Source of the DNA: Actinomycetota bacterium
Lineage (GTDB): Bacteria; Actinomycetota; Acidimicrobiia; Acidimicrobiales; GCA-2861595
Direction: 5' to 3'
NCBI GenBank assembly: GCA_052387235.1
Contig: JBQTJJ010000047.1
Span: 1 to 53,037 of the forward strand
Length of the DNA: 53,037 nucleotides
Of the stretch, positions 1-9,659 are shown one piece after another; the stretch's first letter is position 1; each line of letters opens with the position of its first letter. Under the pieces are notes generated by a model, which made no database searches, was not told the origin of the DNA, and worked only from the letters and a program-made list of their open reading frames with translations. The translations under genes were made by a program, and so were the position numbers.

Positions 1-124
1 GGCTTTCGACGCCCCGCTCAGCCCGCGACCTCTCGATCGCTGACCGGGGCCTGCTACCGGGCTCTCCGGCGATTACCCGGACGGGACTCTCACCCGCTGG
101 CTTCGTCCAGCTTGCAGGACGCAA
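1..124 (-). mobile_element. 5' end (domain I) of a group II intron, truncated by the window edge
   Basis: Minus strand from 124 reads TTGCGTCCTGCAAGCTGG...GCGGGTGAGAGTCCCGTCCGGGTAA...CCCGGTAGCAGG...CGATC-GAGA-GGTCG. This gives a GUGYG-like 5' end, the typical GGGTGAGAGTCCC hairpin, a GGTAGC motif and a GNRA-capped stem. The RT ORF and domains V/VI would lie outside the window. Confidence 0.72.
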
Positions 125-177
125 CACCTGGCGATACTACCTGCCGAGGTCACTGATCCCGGGAGGGGTACACGGGG

Positions 178-1329
178 CTAGCGCCGCTTGCCCTTCTTCC
201 GGGGCCGGGGAGGCTGGCGTGACCCGCCGGGCCGGGCCGGCATCCGGGCGGCAGCGCCGGGACGGAGCACCTCGCCGTCGCCGCTGTTGGAGGCGGACGC
301 GCCCACGTGGACGTCGCCGGCGGCGGCCGCGGCCGGCGTGAGGGGCGTCACGACGCCTCCCCTGGCCTCCAGCCGCTGGCGGATCGAGGCGTACCGGGGC
401 TCGCGCTCCTTCAGCATGGCCAGGGCCGGCGACGCGATGAAGATCGAGGAGTACGCGCTGGCCGCCAGTCCCACGAGGAGGGCGAGGGCGAAGTCCTCCA
501 GGGTGACGGCGCCCAGGAGCTTCCCGCCCACGACCAGGAGCGACAGGATGGGCAGGAGGGCGGTGATGGACGTGTTGAGGGACCGCATGAGGACCTGGTT
601 CAGGGACAGGTCCACCATGTCGGCATAGGTCATGCGCCCGGACGCGGCCAGGCCCTTGGTGTTCTCCTCGATCTTGTCGAACACCACGATGCCGTCGTAG
701 ATCGAATAGCCGAGGATGGTCAGGCCGGCGATCACGGTGGCGGGCGTGACCTCGAAGCCGGACAGCGAGAAGACGCCGACGGTGACCAGGATGTCGTGGA
801 ACAGCGCGGCGAGGGTGGCGAGGGCCATCTTCCACTCGAAGCGCAGGGTGATGTACAGCGTGATCGCGAGGAGGAAGAACACCAGGGCCCGCCTGGCCTT
901 GTTCGTGATCTCGTCGCCCCAGGACGGTCCCACCTGGTTGACGCTCACCTGCGATGGCGACGAGCCGGCCACGTCGGCCAGCACTTTGGTGACCTCGTCC
1001 CGCCTGGCCTCCGGGTCGTCGTCCAGGTTGGCCTGGACGCGCACCGTCTCCCCGCCCAGCACCTGGATCTTTGCGTCGCCCAGGCCCACCGGCTCCAGCG
1101 CGTCACGGGCGTCGCCCACCGAGACCTCCGGGGCGTTCACCTCCCATGCCGTGCCCCCCTCGAAATCGATGCCGAAGTTCAGGCCCTGGGTGAACAGCGA
1201 GATCAGGCCGACGAGGATCACCGCGCCGGAGGCGAGAAACCAGGTCCGCCGCCTGGGGACGATCCGGAAGGCGGTCTCGCCGTAATAGAGCTTCTGCCAG
1301 ATGGAGCGACGGGAGGCGGCCATGCTCAT
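178..1329 (-). CDS. secF: Protein translocase subunit SecF
   Basis: Motifs GIDFEGGT, HDILV, GYSIYDGIVVFDKI, RSLNTS. Start overlaps the secD stop (ATGA). Confidence 0.96.
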   Translation of the reverse strand: MSMAASRRSIWQKLYYGETAFRIVPRRRTWFLASGAVILVGLISLFTQGLNFGIDFEGGTAWEVNAPEVSVGDARDALEPVGLGDAKIQVLGGETVRVQANLDDDPEARRDEVTKVLADVAGSSPSQVSVNQVGPSWGDEITNKARRALVFFLLAITLYITLRFEWKMALATLAALFHDILVTVGVFSLSGFEVTPATVIAGLTILGYSIYDGIVVFDKIEENTKGLAASGRMTYADMVDLSLNQVLMRSLNTSITALLPILSLLVVGGKLLGAVTLEDFALALLVGLAASAYSSIFIASPALAMLKEREPRYASIRQRLEARGGVVTPLTPAAAAAGDVHVGASASNSGDGEVLRPGAAARMPARPGGSRQPPRPRKKGKRR

Positions 1330-2786
1330 GCCCCTCCCGTGGGCGCCGCCGCCAGGCCTCGCGCCACACCGACCCAGCGGGCCTCGGTGAAGAGGCGGTT
1401 GCGGCCGAGGAGGATCACCAGCGGACGGGTGAAGAAGTAGGCGACCACCACGTCGAGGATGGTGGACAGGCCCAGGAAGAAGGCGAAGCCCCGCACCGAG
1501 CCCACCGTGAGCAGGTAGAGGAGGCCGGCGCCGATGAACGAGGAGATGTCGGCGGCGAGGATGGTGCGGAAGGCACGGCTGAAGCCACGGTCCACGGAGG
1601 AGCGGATGGTCTTGCCGGCCCGCACCTCGTCCTTCAGCCGCTCGAAGTACACGACGTAGGAGTCGACGGTGACGCCCACCGAGATGATGATGCCGACCGC
1701 GCCGGCCAGGCTGAGGGCCAGGCCGCTGGTGCTCCCCAGGAGGGAGACCACCGACCACATGAGGCTGGCCCAGACCATGAGCCCGAGGATCACGACCAGG
1801 CCGAGGGCCCGGTAGTAGAGGAACATGTAGATCAGCACGAGGCCGAGCCCCACGAACCCGGCGAAGAGCCCGGCCCGGAGCGAGTCCTTGCCCAGGCTGG
1901 CCGACACGGTCTGCACCGTCTCCGGCGCCAGCTCGACGGGAAGCGCGCCGTAGCGCAGCACCAGGGCCAGGTCCTTGGCCTCGCCCTCGGTGAAGTTGCC
2001 GCTGATGACGCCGCTGCCGCCGAAGCTGGCCTCGCGGATGACCGGCGCCGACTTCACCACGGCGTCGAGGACGATGGCGACCTGCCGGCCGACGTTCCTG
2101 GCCGCCAGCTCGTCGAACTTCTTGGAGCCGTCCCCGGTGAGGTTGAACGCCACCCGCCATCCCTGGGTGGGGTCGAATTCGGCTCGGGCGCTCTTCACCG
2201 CCGTGCCCGTGAGCTCGGCCGGGCCCAGGCGGTAGCGGGCCGTGATCTTCCCGCCGACGATCTCCTCGAGCACGACCTCCTTGTCTGCGGCGTCCTCCTC
2301 GCGGGGCGTGGTCTTGATGCCGCCGGCCGGTGCGGTGGTGGTGGTGGTGGCGGGAGCGGCGGTGGAGGTGGCGCCGGGGACGGTGGTGGTGGAAGCCGGG
2401 ACGGTGGTGGTGGTCGTGGGAGTGGCGTCCTCGCTCACCGGCACGGGCTCGATCACGGGCCGGAACCGCAGCTCGGCCGTCTGGCCCACGATGTCGAGGG
2501 CCCGCTCCTGGTCCTTCACGCCGGGCAGCTGGACGATGATGTTCTTTCCCTGCCGGCTGATGTCGGGTTCGGCCACGCCGAGGGCGTCGACGCGGTTGCG
2601 GATGATCTCGATGGCCTGGTCGAGGGCACCGGACGCCACTTCCTTCTGGGGCCGCAGGACGACGGACGCCCCGCCCTGGAGGTCGAGGCCCAGCTGCGGC
2701 CTGTTCCCGGCGAGGGCGTTCGCGGCCACGGCACCGGCGGCCAGCACCAGTATGACGAGCAGGGAGACGACGGGGCCTCGGCGCAT
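1326..2786 (-). CDS. secD: Protein translocase subunit SecD
   Basis: LGLDLQGG, RNRVDALGVAEP, LRYGALP, VDSYVVYFERLKDE. Contains a Thr-rich linker. Confidence 0.96.
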   Translation of the reverse strand: MRRGPVVSLLVILVLAAGAVAANALAGNRPQLGLDLQGGASVVLRPQKEVASGALDQAIEIIRNRVDALGVAEPDISRQGKNIIVQLPGVKDQERALDIVGQTAELRFRPVIEPVPVSEDATPTTTTTVPASTTTVPGATSTAAPATTTTTAPAGGIKTTPREEDAADKEVVLEEIVGGKITARYRLGPAELTGTAVKSARAEFDPTQGWRVAFNLTGDGSKKFDELAARNVGRQVAIVLDAVVKSAPVIREASFGGSGVISGNFTEGEAKDLALVLRYGALPVELAPETVQTVSASLGKDSLRAGLFAGFVGLGLVLIYMFLYYRALGLVVILGLMVWASLMWSVVSLLGSTSGLALSLAGAVGIIISVGVTVDSYVVYFERLKDEVRAGKTIRSSVDRGFSRAFRTILAADISSFIGAGLLYLLTVGSVRGFAFFLGLSTILDVVVAYFFTRPLVILLGRNRLFTEARWVGVARGLAAAPTGGA

Positions 2787-2788
2787 GG

Positions 2789-3091
2789 CTAGGGCGTGCC
2801 GCCGTCGATGCCGTCGCCATCGGGCGTCTCGACCGACGGCCCCTCCTGGTGCAGCTTCGTGTTGACGGCCAGGCGCAGGAACCTCATCACCACGCCGGGG
2901 GCCACCTCGATGCGGGCCTCGTCGTCGTCGAGGGCCACGATGCGGCCGACGATCCCGCCTGCGGTGACCACCTCGTCGCCCACCTCGAGGGACGCGACCA
3001 GCTGCTGCTGGCGCCGGACGCGCTGCTGCTGCGGCCTGATCAGCAGGAACCACATGAGGCCGAGGAAGAGGAGCGGGAAGAGGAGTTCCAT
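2789..3091 (-). CDS. yajC: Preprotein translocase subunit YajC
   Basis: N-terminal TM segment, IRPQQQR, GDEVVTAGGIVG. Immediately upstream of secD. Confidence 0.95.
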   Translation of the reverse strand: MELLFPLLFLGLMWFLLIRPQQQRVRRQQQLVASLEVGDEVVTAGGIVGRIVALDDDEARIEVAPGVVMRFLRLAVNTKLHQEGPSVETPDGDGIDGGTP

Positions 3092-3187
3092 GATGGCGCC
3101 CGGTCGGCAGGGAAGGGCGGCCGCGAAGCGTAGCGCGGGGGTACTGCCGACCGAGGTACCGCCCGATGCCGGACCGGGCCGGCTGCC

Positions 3188-4297
3188 CTATCCGCCGCCG
3201 GGCCCGGCCCAGGTGGCGGCGACCTCGGCCCGGAGCCGGCGGAGACGGCCGGCCGCCACCGCCTCCCTGGCCCGGGCGACCAGGGCAAGGGTCCACGCCA
3301 GGTTGTGGAGCGTCAGCAGCCGGGCCGCCCCCGGGTCGCCCATCAGGTGCAGGTGGCGGAGGTAGGCCCGCGACCACCGGGCGCAGACCGGGCACGGGCA
3401 GGACGGGTCGAGGGGCCCGGCGTCGCCGGCGTTGGCGGCGTTGCGGAGGTGGAACCGGCCCGACGACGCCAGCACGGTGCCGTGGCGCGCCAGGCGCGTG
3501 GGCAGCACGCAGTCGAACATGTCGACGCCGAGCGCGACCGCCTCCACCAGCCCGAGCGGGTCGCCGACCCCCATCAGGTAGCGGGGAGCGCCGGCCGGCA
3601 GGACCGCCACCGCCGCAGCCAGGGCCGGGAGCATCTCCGTCCGGGACTCCCCCACCGACAGGCCCCCGACCGCGTACCCGTCGAAGCCGACCTCGACCGT
3701 GCGCGCCGCGCTCTCGGCGCGCAGCGCCTCGTCGACGCCGCCCTGCACGATGCCGAACAGGGCCTGACCCTCCCGCCTGGGCGCGAGCCTGGACCGCCGG
3801 GCCCAGGCGGCGGTGCGCTCGACCGCCTGGCGCAGCACCGCCGGGGGCGACGGAAGGGGCGGGCAGACATCGAGGACCATGGCGATGTCGGACCCCAGGA
3901 GCGACTGCACCCGTACCGCCTCCTCAGGGGTGAGGCGGTGGGTGGACCCGTCGTAGGTCGAGCGGAAGGTGACGCCCTCGTCGTCCACATCCGGCTGGAG
4001 CGAGAACACCTGGTAGCCGCCCGAGTCGGTGAGCAGGTGCCCGGTCCATGCCGCGAACCCATGCACCCCGCCGAGCCCGGCCACGGCATCGGCCCCCGGG
4101 CGGAGCATCAGGTGGTAGGTGTTGGCCAGCATGACCTCGGCCCCGAGGTCGTCGAGGTCGGCGGTGGACACGGCCCGCACCGCGCCCCGGGTGCCCACCG
4201 GCATGAAGCACGGCGTGCGGAACGAACCCCGGGCCGTCGTGACCAGCCCGGCCCGGGCCGCCCCGTCGCTCGCCTCGATCTCGAAGCGAAGGGTCAC
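3188..4297 (-). CDS. tgt: tRNA-guanine transglycosylase
   Basis: TPCFMPVGT, NTYHL, DSGGYQVFSL, DCVLPTR, Zn-binding CxCxxC. GTG overlaps the queA stop. Confidence 0.95.
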   Translation of the reverse strand: MTLRFEIEASDGAARAGLVTTARGSFRTPCFMPVGTRGAVRAVSTADLDDLGAEVMLANTYHLMLRPGADAVAGLGGVHGFAAWTGHLLTDSGGYQVFSLQPDVDDEGVTFRSTYDGSTHRLTPEEAVRVQSLLGSDIAMVLDVCPPLPSPPAVLRQAVERTAAWARRSRLAPRREGQALFGIVQGGVDEALRAESAARTVEVGFDGYAVGGLSVGESRTEMLPALAAAVAVLPAGAPRYLMGVGDPLGLVEAVALGVDMFDCVLPTRLARHGTVLASSGRFHLRNAANAGDAGPLDPSCPCPVCARWSRAYLRHLHLMGDPGAARLLTLHNLAWTLALVARAREAVAAGRLRRLRAEVAATWAGPGGG

Positions 4298-5301
4298 GGC
4301 GCCGCCGGGCCGGACCGGGCCACGAGCATGGCGTCGCCGAAGGACAAGAAGCGGTACCCCTCGGCCAGGGCCAGGTCGTAGAGGCCGCGCCAGCCCGGGC
4401 CCATGAAGGCGGCCAGCAGCACCAGCAGCGACGACCGGGGCTGGTGGAAGTTGGTCAGCAGCACGTCCACGACCCGGAACGGGTGGTCGCCGTGGATGAA
4501 CAGCTCGGTGCGGCCCTCCAGCCGGCCGGTGGCCGCGGCCGACTCCAGGGCCCGCACCGTCGTCGTCCCCACCGCCACCACCCGCCGGGCCCGCCGGCAC
4601 GCGTCCCAGGTCGAGGCCGGCACCGTGTAGCGCTCGGCGTGCATGCGGTGGTCCTCGACCCGGTCCACCTGCACCGGCCGGAAGGTGGCGAGGCCCACGG
4701 CCAGGTCGACGGCGTGGACCTCGACCCCCCGCTCCCGGCACCGGTCGAGCACGCCCACGCTGAGGTGGAGGCCGGCGGTGGGCGCCGCCACCGATCCCGG
4801 CGTTCGGGCGTAGACGGTCTGGTAACGCTCGGGGTCGGCCAGGCCGGCGGTGATGTACGGCGGCAGGGCGAGGGCGGCGTGGGGGTCGAGGTCGCCGAGG
4901 ACCCGCACGGTCCGGGTGCCGCCGGCCCGGTCCCCGCCCACCTCGACCAGCGCCGGCCCACCACCCTCCGGGACCAGGAGGGTCCCGGCCGGGACCCTCC
5001 GGCCCGGCCGCACCAGGGCCTCCCATTCCCCCGGGCCGCCGGCCGGCTCGAGCAGCACGACCTCCACCCGTCCGCCGGTGGGCTTGCGCAGCACGAGCCG
5101 GGAGGGCCGCACCCGGGTCTCGTTGACCACCAGCACGTCGCCCGCCACCAGCAGGTCGGGGAGGTCGTGGACCCGACGGTGGACGGGGGGGCGCTCCGGG
5201 TCCACGGACACCAGGAGGCGGGCCGCCTCCCGCGGATCGGCCGGCACCTGGGCGACGGCGGGGCCGGGCAGGTCGTAGTCGAACTCCCCCATGCCGGCCA
5301 C
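4294..5301 (-). CDS. queA: S-adenosylmethionine:tRNA ribosyltransferase-isomerase
   Basis: FDYDLP, LPPYI, YQTVYA, GSVAAPTAGLH, TNFHQPRSSL, YRFLSFGDAM. Start is GTG 5301 or ATG 5292. Confidence 0.95.
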   Translation of the reverse strand: MAGMGEFDYDLPGPAVAQVPADPREAARLLVSVDPERPPVHRRVHDLPDLLVAGDVLVVNETRVRPSRLVLRKPTGGRVEVVLLEPAGGPGEWEALVRPGRRVPAGTLLVPEGGGPALVEVGGDRAGGTRTVRVLGDLDPHAALALPPYITAGLADPERYQTVYARTPGSVAAPTAGLHLSVGVLDRCRERGVEVHAVDLAVGLATFRPVQVDRVEDHRMHAERYTVPASTWDACRRARRVVAVGTTTVRALESAAATGRLEGRTELFIHGDHPFRVVDVLLTNFHQPRSSLLVLLAAFMGPGWRGLYDLALAEGYRFLSFGDAMLVARSGPAAP

Positions 5302-5390
5302 GCCGGCAGCGTACGGGCGCTCCCCCGGGTTCCGGGAAGCCTGGCATCCGCCCAGCGGACGTGGGGCTTCCCGGAACGCCGGCGCCGGGG

Positions 5391-6419
5391 CTACTCGTCG
5401 AAGAGGACGGCGGCGGCCTGGGGCGGGGTGAGGCCGAGGTGGTGCCACGCCGCCGGCATGGCCACCCGCCCCCGGGGCGTGCGCTTGAGCATGCCGAGCT
5501 GGAGCAGGAACGGCTCGTACACGTCCTCCAGCGTCTCGGCCTCCTCCCCGATGCTGACGGCCAGGGTGGAGAGGCCCACCGGGCCGCCCCCGAACCGGGA
5601 GCACAGGGCCGACAGCACCGAACGGTCCACCTTGTCGAGGCCGGCGTCGTCGACCCCGAAGAGGGCCAGCCCGTCGGCGGCGGTGGCCCGGGTGACGACG
5701 CCGTCGCCCCGCACCTCGGCGTAGTCCCGCACCCGCTTGAGGAGGCGGTTGGCGATGCGGGGGGTGCCGCGGGAGCGGCGCGCGATCTCGGAGGCGCCAC
5801 CCTCCCCGACCGGGACCCCGAGGATGCGGGCGGCGCGGTCGAGGATCACCTCCAGGTCGGCCACGGGGTAGTGGTCGAGGCGGGCCACCAGGCCGAAGCG
5901 GTCCCGGAGCGGGCCGGTGAGCAGGCCGGTCCGGGTGGTGGCCCCCACCAGGGTGAAGCGGGGCAGGTCGAGGCGGATCGACCGGGCCGCGGGGCCCTTC
6001 CCGAGCACGATGTCGAGCTGGAAGTCCTCCATGGCCGGGTACAGGACCTCCTCCACCGGCCGGCCCAGGCGGTGGATCTCGTCGATAAACAGCACGTCGC
6101 CGTCGTGCAGGTCGGTGAGGAGGGCGGCCAGGTCGCCGGCGCGCATGAGCGCCGGGCCCGACGTGATGCGCAGCCCCACGCCCATCTCGGCGGCCACGAT
6201 CCCCGACAGCGAGGTCTTCCCGAGGCCGGGCGGGCCGGCGAAGAGGAGGTGGTCGACGGCCTGGCCCCGCCGGCGGGCCGCCTCCAGCACGATCTCGAGG
6301 TGCTCCTTGAGCTGGGCCTGGCCCACGAACTCGGCCAGCCGCCGGGGGCGGAGGGTCGCCTCCTCGGCCAGCTCGGCCGGGTCGGTGACGGCGGCGCCCA
6401 GCACCTCCTCCCGGGTCAC
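5391..6419 (-). CDS. ruvB: Holliday junction branch migration helicase RuvB
   Basis: [45 protein letters not shown]. Confidence 0.97.
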   Translation of the reverse strand: MTREEVLGAAVTDPAELAEEATLRPRRLAEFVGQAQLKEHLEIVLEAARRRGQAVDHLLFAGPPGLGKTSLSGIVAAEMGVGLRITSGPALMRAGDLAALLTDLHDGDVLFIDEIHRLGRPVEEVLYPAMEDFQLDIVLGKGPAARSIRLDLPRFTLVGATTRTGLLTGPLRDRFGLVARLDHYPVADLEVILDRAARILGVPVGEGGASEIARRSRGTPRIANRLLKRVRDYAEVRGDGVVTRATAADGLALFGVDDAGLDKVDRSVLSALCSRFGGGPVGLSTLAVSIGEEAETLEDVYEPFLLQLGMLKRTPRGRVAMPAAWHHLGLTPPQAAAVLFDE

Positions 6420-7003
6420 CTGGCCCCCGCCATCTGGCGCAGCGCGGTGGTGAGCAGCTCCTCCACCGTGCCGCCGTCCGGGAGCGCGCGCAGCACGTCG
6501 CGCACCTCGTCGGCGCCGTAGCCGAGCCCGGCCAGGGCGGCGCGCACCTCGGCCCGGGCCCCGGCGCCGGGCCCGGGATCGGCGCCGCCGTCGTCGGCGG
6601 GCAGGTCGAGGCGGGACTGCAGCTCGAGCAGCAGCCGGGCCGCCGTCTTGCGGCCCACCCCCGGCACGGCCGTGAGGGCGTCGGCGTCGCCGGCGGCCAC
6701 GGCCCGGCGCAGGGCATCCGGCGAGTGGGCCGACAGGATGGCCAGCGCCAGCGCCGGCCCCACGCCGTGTGCGCCCAGCACCGCCTCGAAGCAGCGCCGG
6801 TCGTCGGCGCTCGGGAACCCGTAGAGCACCAGGGCGTCCTCCCGCACGTGGGTGTGGACGTGCAGGAGCAGGGGCTGCCCCGGCCGGGCGCCGGCCAGGG
6901 TGGCGGCCGCGACCGTGACCCTGTAGCCCACTCCCCCCACCTCCAGGAGCAGCTCGGCGGGCGGCAGGCGGTCCAGCACCACGCCCCGCAGCGACCCGAT
7001 CAC
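6416..7003 (-). CDS. ruvA: Holliday junction DNA-binding protein RuvA
   Basis: [33 protein letters not shown]. Confidence 0.96.
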   Translation of the reverse strand: MIGSLRGVVLDRLPPAELLLEVGGVGYRVTVAAATLAGARPGQPLLLHVHTHVREDALVLYGFPSADDRRCFEAVLGAHGVGPALALAILSAHSPDALRRAVAAGDADALTAVPGVGRKTAARLLLELQSRLDLPADDGGADPGPGAGARAEVRAALAGLGYGADEVRDVLRALPDGGTVEELLTTALRQMAGAR

Positions 7004-7524
7004 CCCGCACCCCCGGTCCGCGAGCCGGCGCCCGCCCCCCGGACCCGCGCCAGCCGGGGGGCGGCGGCCAGGTGGCACAGGGCGAGGGCCAGCGCGTCGG
7101 CCGCGTCCGGCGGGCGCGGCACGGTGGGGAGGGAGAGGAGGGACTGGACCATGCGCTGCACCTGCTCCTTGGTGGCGGCCCCGTAGCCGGTGACCGACTG
7201 CTTGACCTCGTTGGCCGTGTACTGGACGACCTCGCACCCCGCCGTGGCCGCCGCGGCCAGGGCCAGCCCGCTGGCCTGGCCCACTGACATGGCGGTGCGG
7301 ACGTTGGTCTGGAAGAACACCCGCTCCACCACCACCACGTCGGGACGGTGCTCGGCGATGAGCGACCCGAGCTCGGCCGCCAGCGACGCCAGCCGCTCCG
7401 GCAGCGGGTCGGCGGGCGGCGTGGTGATCACCCCGGCCGTCACGGCCCGGTAGCCGGCCTGGTCCCGGGCCACCAGCCCGAACCCGCAGCGCGACACCCC
7501 CGGATCGATACCAAGTGCGAACAC
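7000..7524 (-). CDS. ruvC: Crossover junction endodeoxyribonuclease RuvC
   Basis: [34 protein letters not shown]. Confidence 0.96.
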   Translation of the reverse strand: MFALGIDPGVSRCGFGLVARDQAGYRAVTAGVITTPPADPLPERLASLAAELGSLIAEHRPDVVVVERVFFQTNVRTAMSVGQASGLALAAAATAGCEVVQYTANEVKQSVTGYGAATKEQVQRMVQSLLSLPTVPRPPDAADALALALCHLAAAPRLARVRGAGAGSRTGGAG

Positions 7525-7584
7525 TCGTTCGAGGGTAGCCGACCGGAGGCGGCAGGGGGTGGACCCTGCGCCGGCCCGCTCCTC

Positions 7585-8040
7585 CTACCGCGTGCCCGCC
7601 GCCGCCCGCTCCACCGCCTCCACCAGCTCGTCGGTGCGCCGGTAGGTGAGCCCGTGGGGCGAACGGTGGGCGTAGCGCACCACACCCTCGCCGTCGACCA
7701 CAAAGACCGACCGCTTGTAGAAGCCGAGGGGGCCCACCAGGCCGTAGGCCCTGCCCACCTCCTTGTCGACGTCGGCCAGCAGGGGGAAGCCGAGCCCGAG
7801 CCGGGCCGCGAACCGCTCGTGGCTCTCCACGTCCTGGGGGCTGATGCCGACGACCTCTGCGCCCAGCCCGGCGAACTGGTCGAGGTCGGCGCTGTAGCTG
7901 GCCAGCTGCGCGGAGCAGGTCGGGGTGTCGTCGCCCGGGTAGAAGACGAGGACGGCCAGCCGGCCGCGGTAGTCCCTCAACGTGTAGGGCCGGCCGCCGG
8001 GGGTGCCGGGAAGCGTGAAGTCCGGGGCGACGTCGCCCAC
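7585..8040 (-). CDS. Peroxiredoxin (Bcp/AhpC-TSA family); start may be CTG at 8055
   Basis: [20 protein letters not shown] (PxxxTxxC), RSVFVVD. Confidence 0.9.
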   Translation of the reverse strand: MGDVAPDFTLPGTPGGRPYTLRDYRGRLAVLVFYPGDDTPTCSAQLASYSADLDQFAGLGAEVVGISPQDVESHERFAARLGLGFPLLADVDKEVGRAYGLVGPLGFYKRSVFVVDGEGVVRYAHRSPHGLTYRRTDELVEAVERAAAGTR

Positions 8041-8220
8041 CGCCGGCGCCGTCAGCGGGTCGTCCCCGCCGGCGCGACCGGCCGCCGGCCCGCGGCACCC
8101 CGAGCGGACGGGGCGTCACGATCGGCGTCGCCCCACATGCCCCGATCCTACCGACCGGGTCGCGGGCGCACCGTCGCGTGGCGCGGGGGGCGACGCCGCC
8201 CTCACGGCGGCGCCGGCGGT

Positions 8221-8259
8221 CGCCTACGTCTCCACCATCTCGATGACGTGGTCGGGGAT
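8221..8259. repeat. 39-bp direct repeat, copy 1 (duplicate of the yebC 3' end)
   Basis: CGCCTACGTCTCCACCATCTCGATGACGTGGTCGGGGAT, identical to 8907-8945. Confidence 0.95.
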
Positions 8260-8282
8260 CATCACGACGAGCTCCGGCCGGC

Positions 8283-8606
8283 TCAGCACGCGACGGCGAA
8301 ACGGAGGGCGCGACAGGCGTCGGAGAGCTTGGCCGGTGACAGCGCGCCGATCTGCCGGACGAGATGGGTCCGCAGCACGAGCTGCAGGTTGTCGAAGTTG
8401 GCGACGGACCGGTGGAGCAGGCCCTCCTCCCCTCCGAGCGCCACCTCGCTCGGGATACCGCGCACGGTCGACGTCACCGGTGCCACCACCACCGAATGCA
8501 GATGGCGGATCACCGGTTCCCGGGTGAGCACGATGACGGGGCGGATCTTGTCGCCGGGAAGATCGACCAGCCAGACCTCGCCCCGCCGCGGGAGCGGGAC
8601 CGTCAT
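8283..8606 (-). CDS. Type II TA toxin, PemK/MazF family
   Basis: RRGEVWLVDL...RPVIVLTR...VVVAPVTS...NFDNL. ATG overlaps the antitoxin stop. Confidence 0.9.
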   Translation of the reverse strand: MTVPLPRRGEVWLVDLPGDKIRPVIVLTREPVIRHLHSVVVAPVTSTVRGIPSEVALGGEEGLLHRSVANFDNLQLVLRTHLVRQIGALSPAKLSDACRALRFAVAC

Positions 8607-8872
8607 CCGGCCCGCTCGACGCCGTACAACGCAGCCCAGTCGACCTCGTCGGCGAGGCCGGAGGGATCGCGCGGCACGGCTGCCCATGCGTCCTCGTCCC
8701 CCTGCTGGCCCTGAGCGGCGTAGCCGGCCACGTGCCTTCGCTCCAGTTCCTCGATGATGAGGCGGTCCAGTGCGACGGCGATGAGCTCGGACACCGTCGG
8801 GGTCCCGAGCAGGGCGCGAGCCTGGGCCAGCTTGACCGGGTCGAGGGTGACGGACACCTTTGCCTTCGCCAT
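8603..8872 (-). CDS. Putative antitoxin (RHH-like)
   Basis: KAKVSVTLD N-terminus and acidic C-terminus. Coupled to the toxin gene. TAGGAT -10 lies 7 nt upstream. Confidence 0.78.
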   Translation of the reverse strand: MAKAKVSVTLDPVKLAQARALLGTPTVSELIAVALDRLIIEELERRHVAGYAAQGQQGDEDAWAAVPRDPSGLADEVDWAALYGVERAG

Positions 8873-8906
8873 ACCGATCATCCTACCCGTCGTGGGATGA
8901 CGAGTC

Positions 8907-8945
8907 CGCCTACGTCTCCACCATCTCGATGACGTGGTCGGGGAT
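8907..8945. repeat. 39-bp direct repeat, copy 2 (within the yebC 3' end, including its stop)
   Basis: Identical to 8221-8259. Confidence 0.95.
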
Positions 8946-9659
8946 GTCGAAGTTGGCGTAGACGTTCTGGACGTCGTCGTGGTCCTCGAGCAGGTCGATG
9001 AGGCGCAGCACCCTCTTGGCCTCGGCCTCGTCGTCGATGGGCACGACGGTGGTGGGGCTGAGGGTGAGGTCGGCCGACTCCACCGCGATCCCCGCGTCCT
9101 CCAGCGCCTTGCGCACGGCGGCCAGCTCGTTGGGCGGACTGGTCACCTGCCAGAACTCCCCCACGTCGGACAGGTCGTCGGCGCCGGCCTCGAGGGCCAC
9201 CATCATGACCTCGTCCTCGTCCGCCTCCTTCGGCACCAGCAGCACGCCCTGGCGCTGGAACTGCCAGGAGACGGCGCCCGGCTCGGCCATCGACCCGCCG
9301 TTGCGGCTGAAGCTGCTGCGGATCTCGGAGCCGGTGCGGTTGCGGTTGTCGGACAGGCACTCGACGATCACGGCCACCCCGCCGGGGGCGTAGCCCTCGT
9401 AGGAGATGGCCTCGTAACGCACGCCCTCCAGCTCGCCCGTCCCCCTCTTGACGGCCCGCTCGATGGTGTCCATCGGCACCGACGCGTCCCGGGCCTTCTG
9501 GTACATGGTGCGCAGGGTGGCGTTGCTGTTGACGTCGCCGCCGCCCTCCCGCGCCGCCACCTCCACCTGGCGGATCAGCTTGGCGAACAGCTTGCCGCGG
9601 GCCTTGTCCTGGGCCCCCTTCTTGTGCTTGATCGTCGCCCACTTCGAATGACCGGACAT
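8910..9659 (-). CDS. yebC: YebC/PmpR family protein
   Basis: MSGHSKWATIKHKKG, YEGYAPGG, DNRNRT, EDHDDVQNVYAN. Confidence 0.96.
   Translation of the reverse strand: MSGHSKWATIKHKKGAQDKARGKLFAKLIRQVEVAAREGGGDVNSNATLRTMYQKARDASVPMDTIERAVKRGTGELEGVRYEAISYEGYAPGGVAVIVECLSDNRNRTGSEIRSSFSRNGGSMAEPGAVSWQFQRQGVLLVPKEADEDEVMMVALEAGADDLSDVGEFWQVTSPPNELAAVRKALEDAGIAVESADLTLSPTTVVPIDDEAEAKRVLRLIDLLEDHDDVQNVYANFDIPDHVIEMVET

Noticed and set aside
2330-2420. GTG-rich repeats in secD
   Set aside because: They encode an ordinary Thr/Pro/Ala-rich linker.
8041-8136. In-frame TGA upstream of the peroxiredoxin as a second selenocysteine site
   Set aside because: The read-through peptide is low-complexity and not Prx-like, and the catalytic Cys is a normal TGC.
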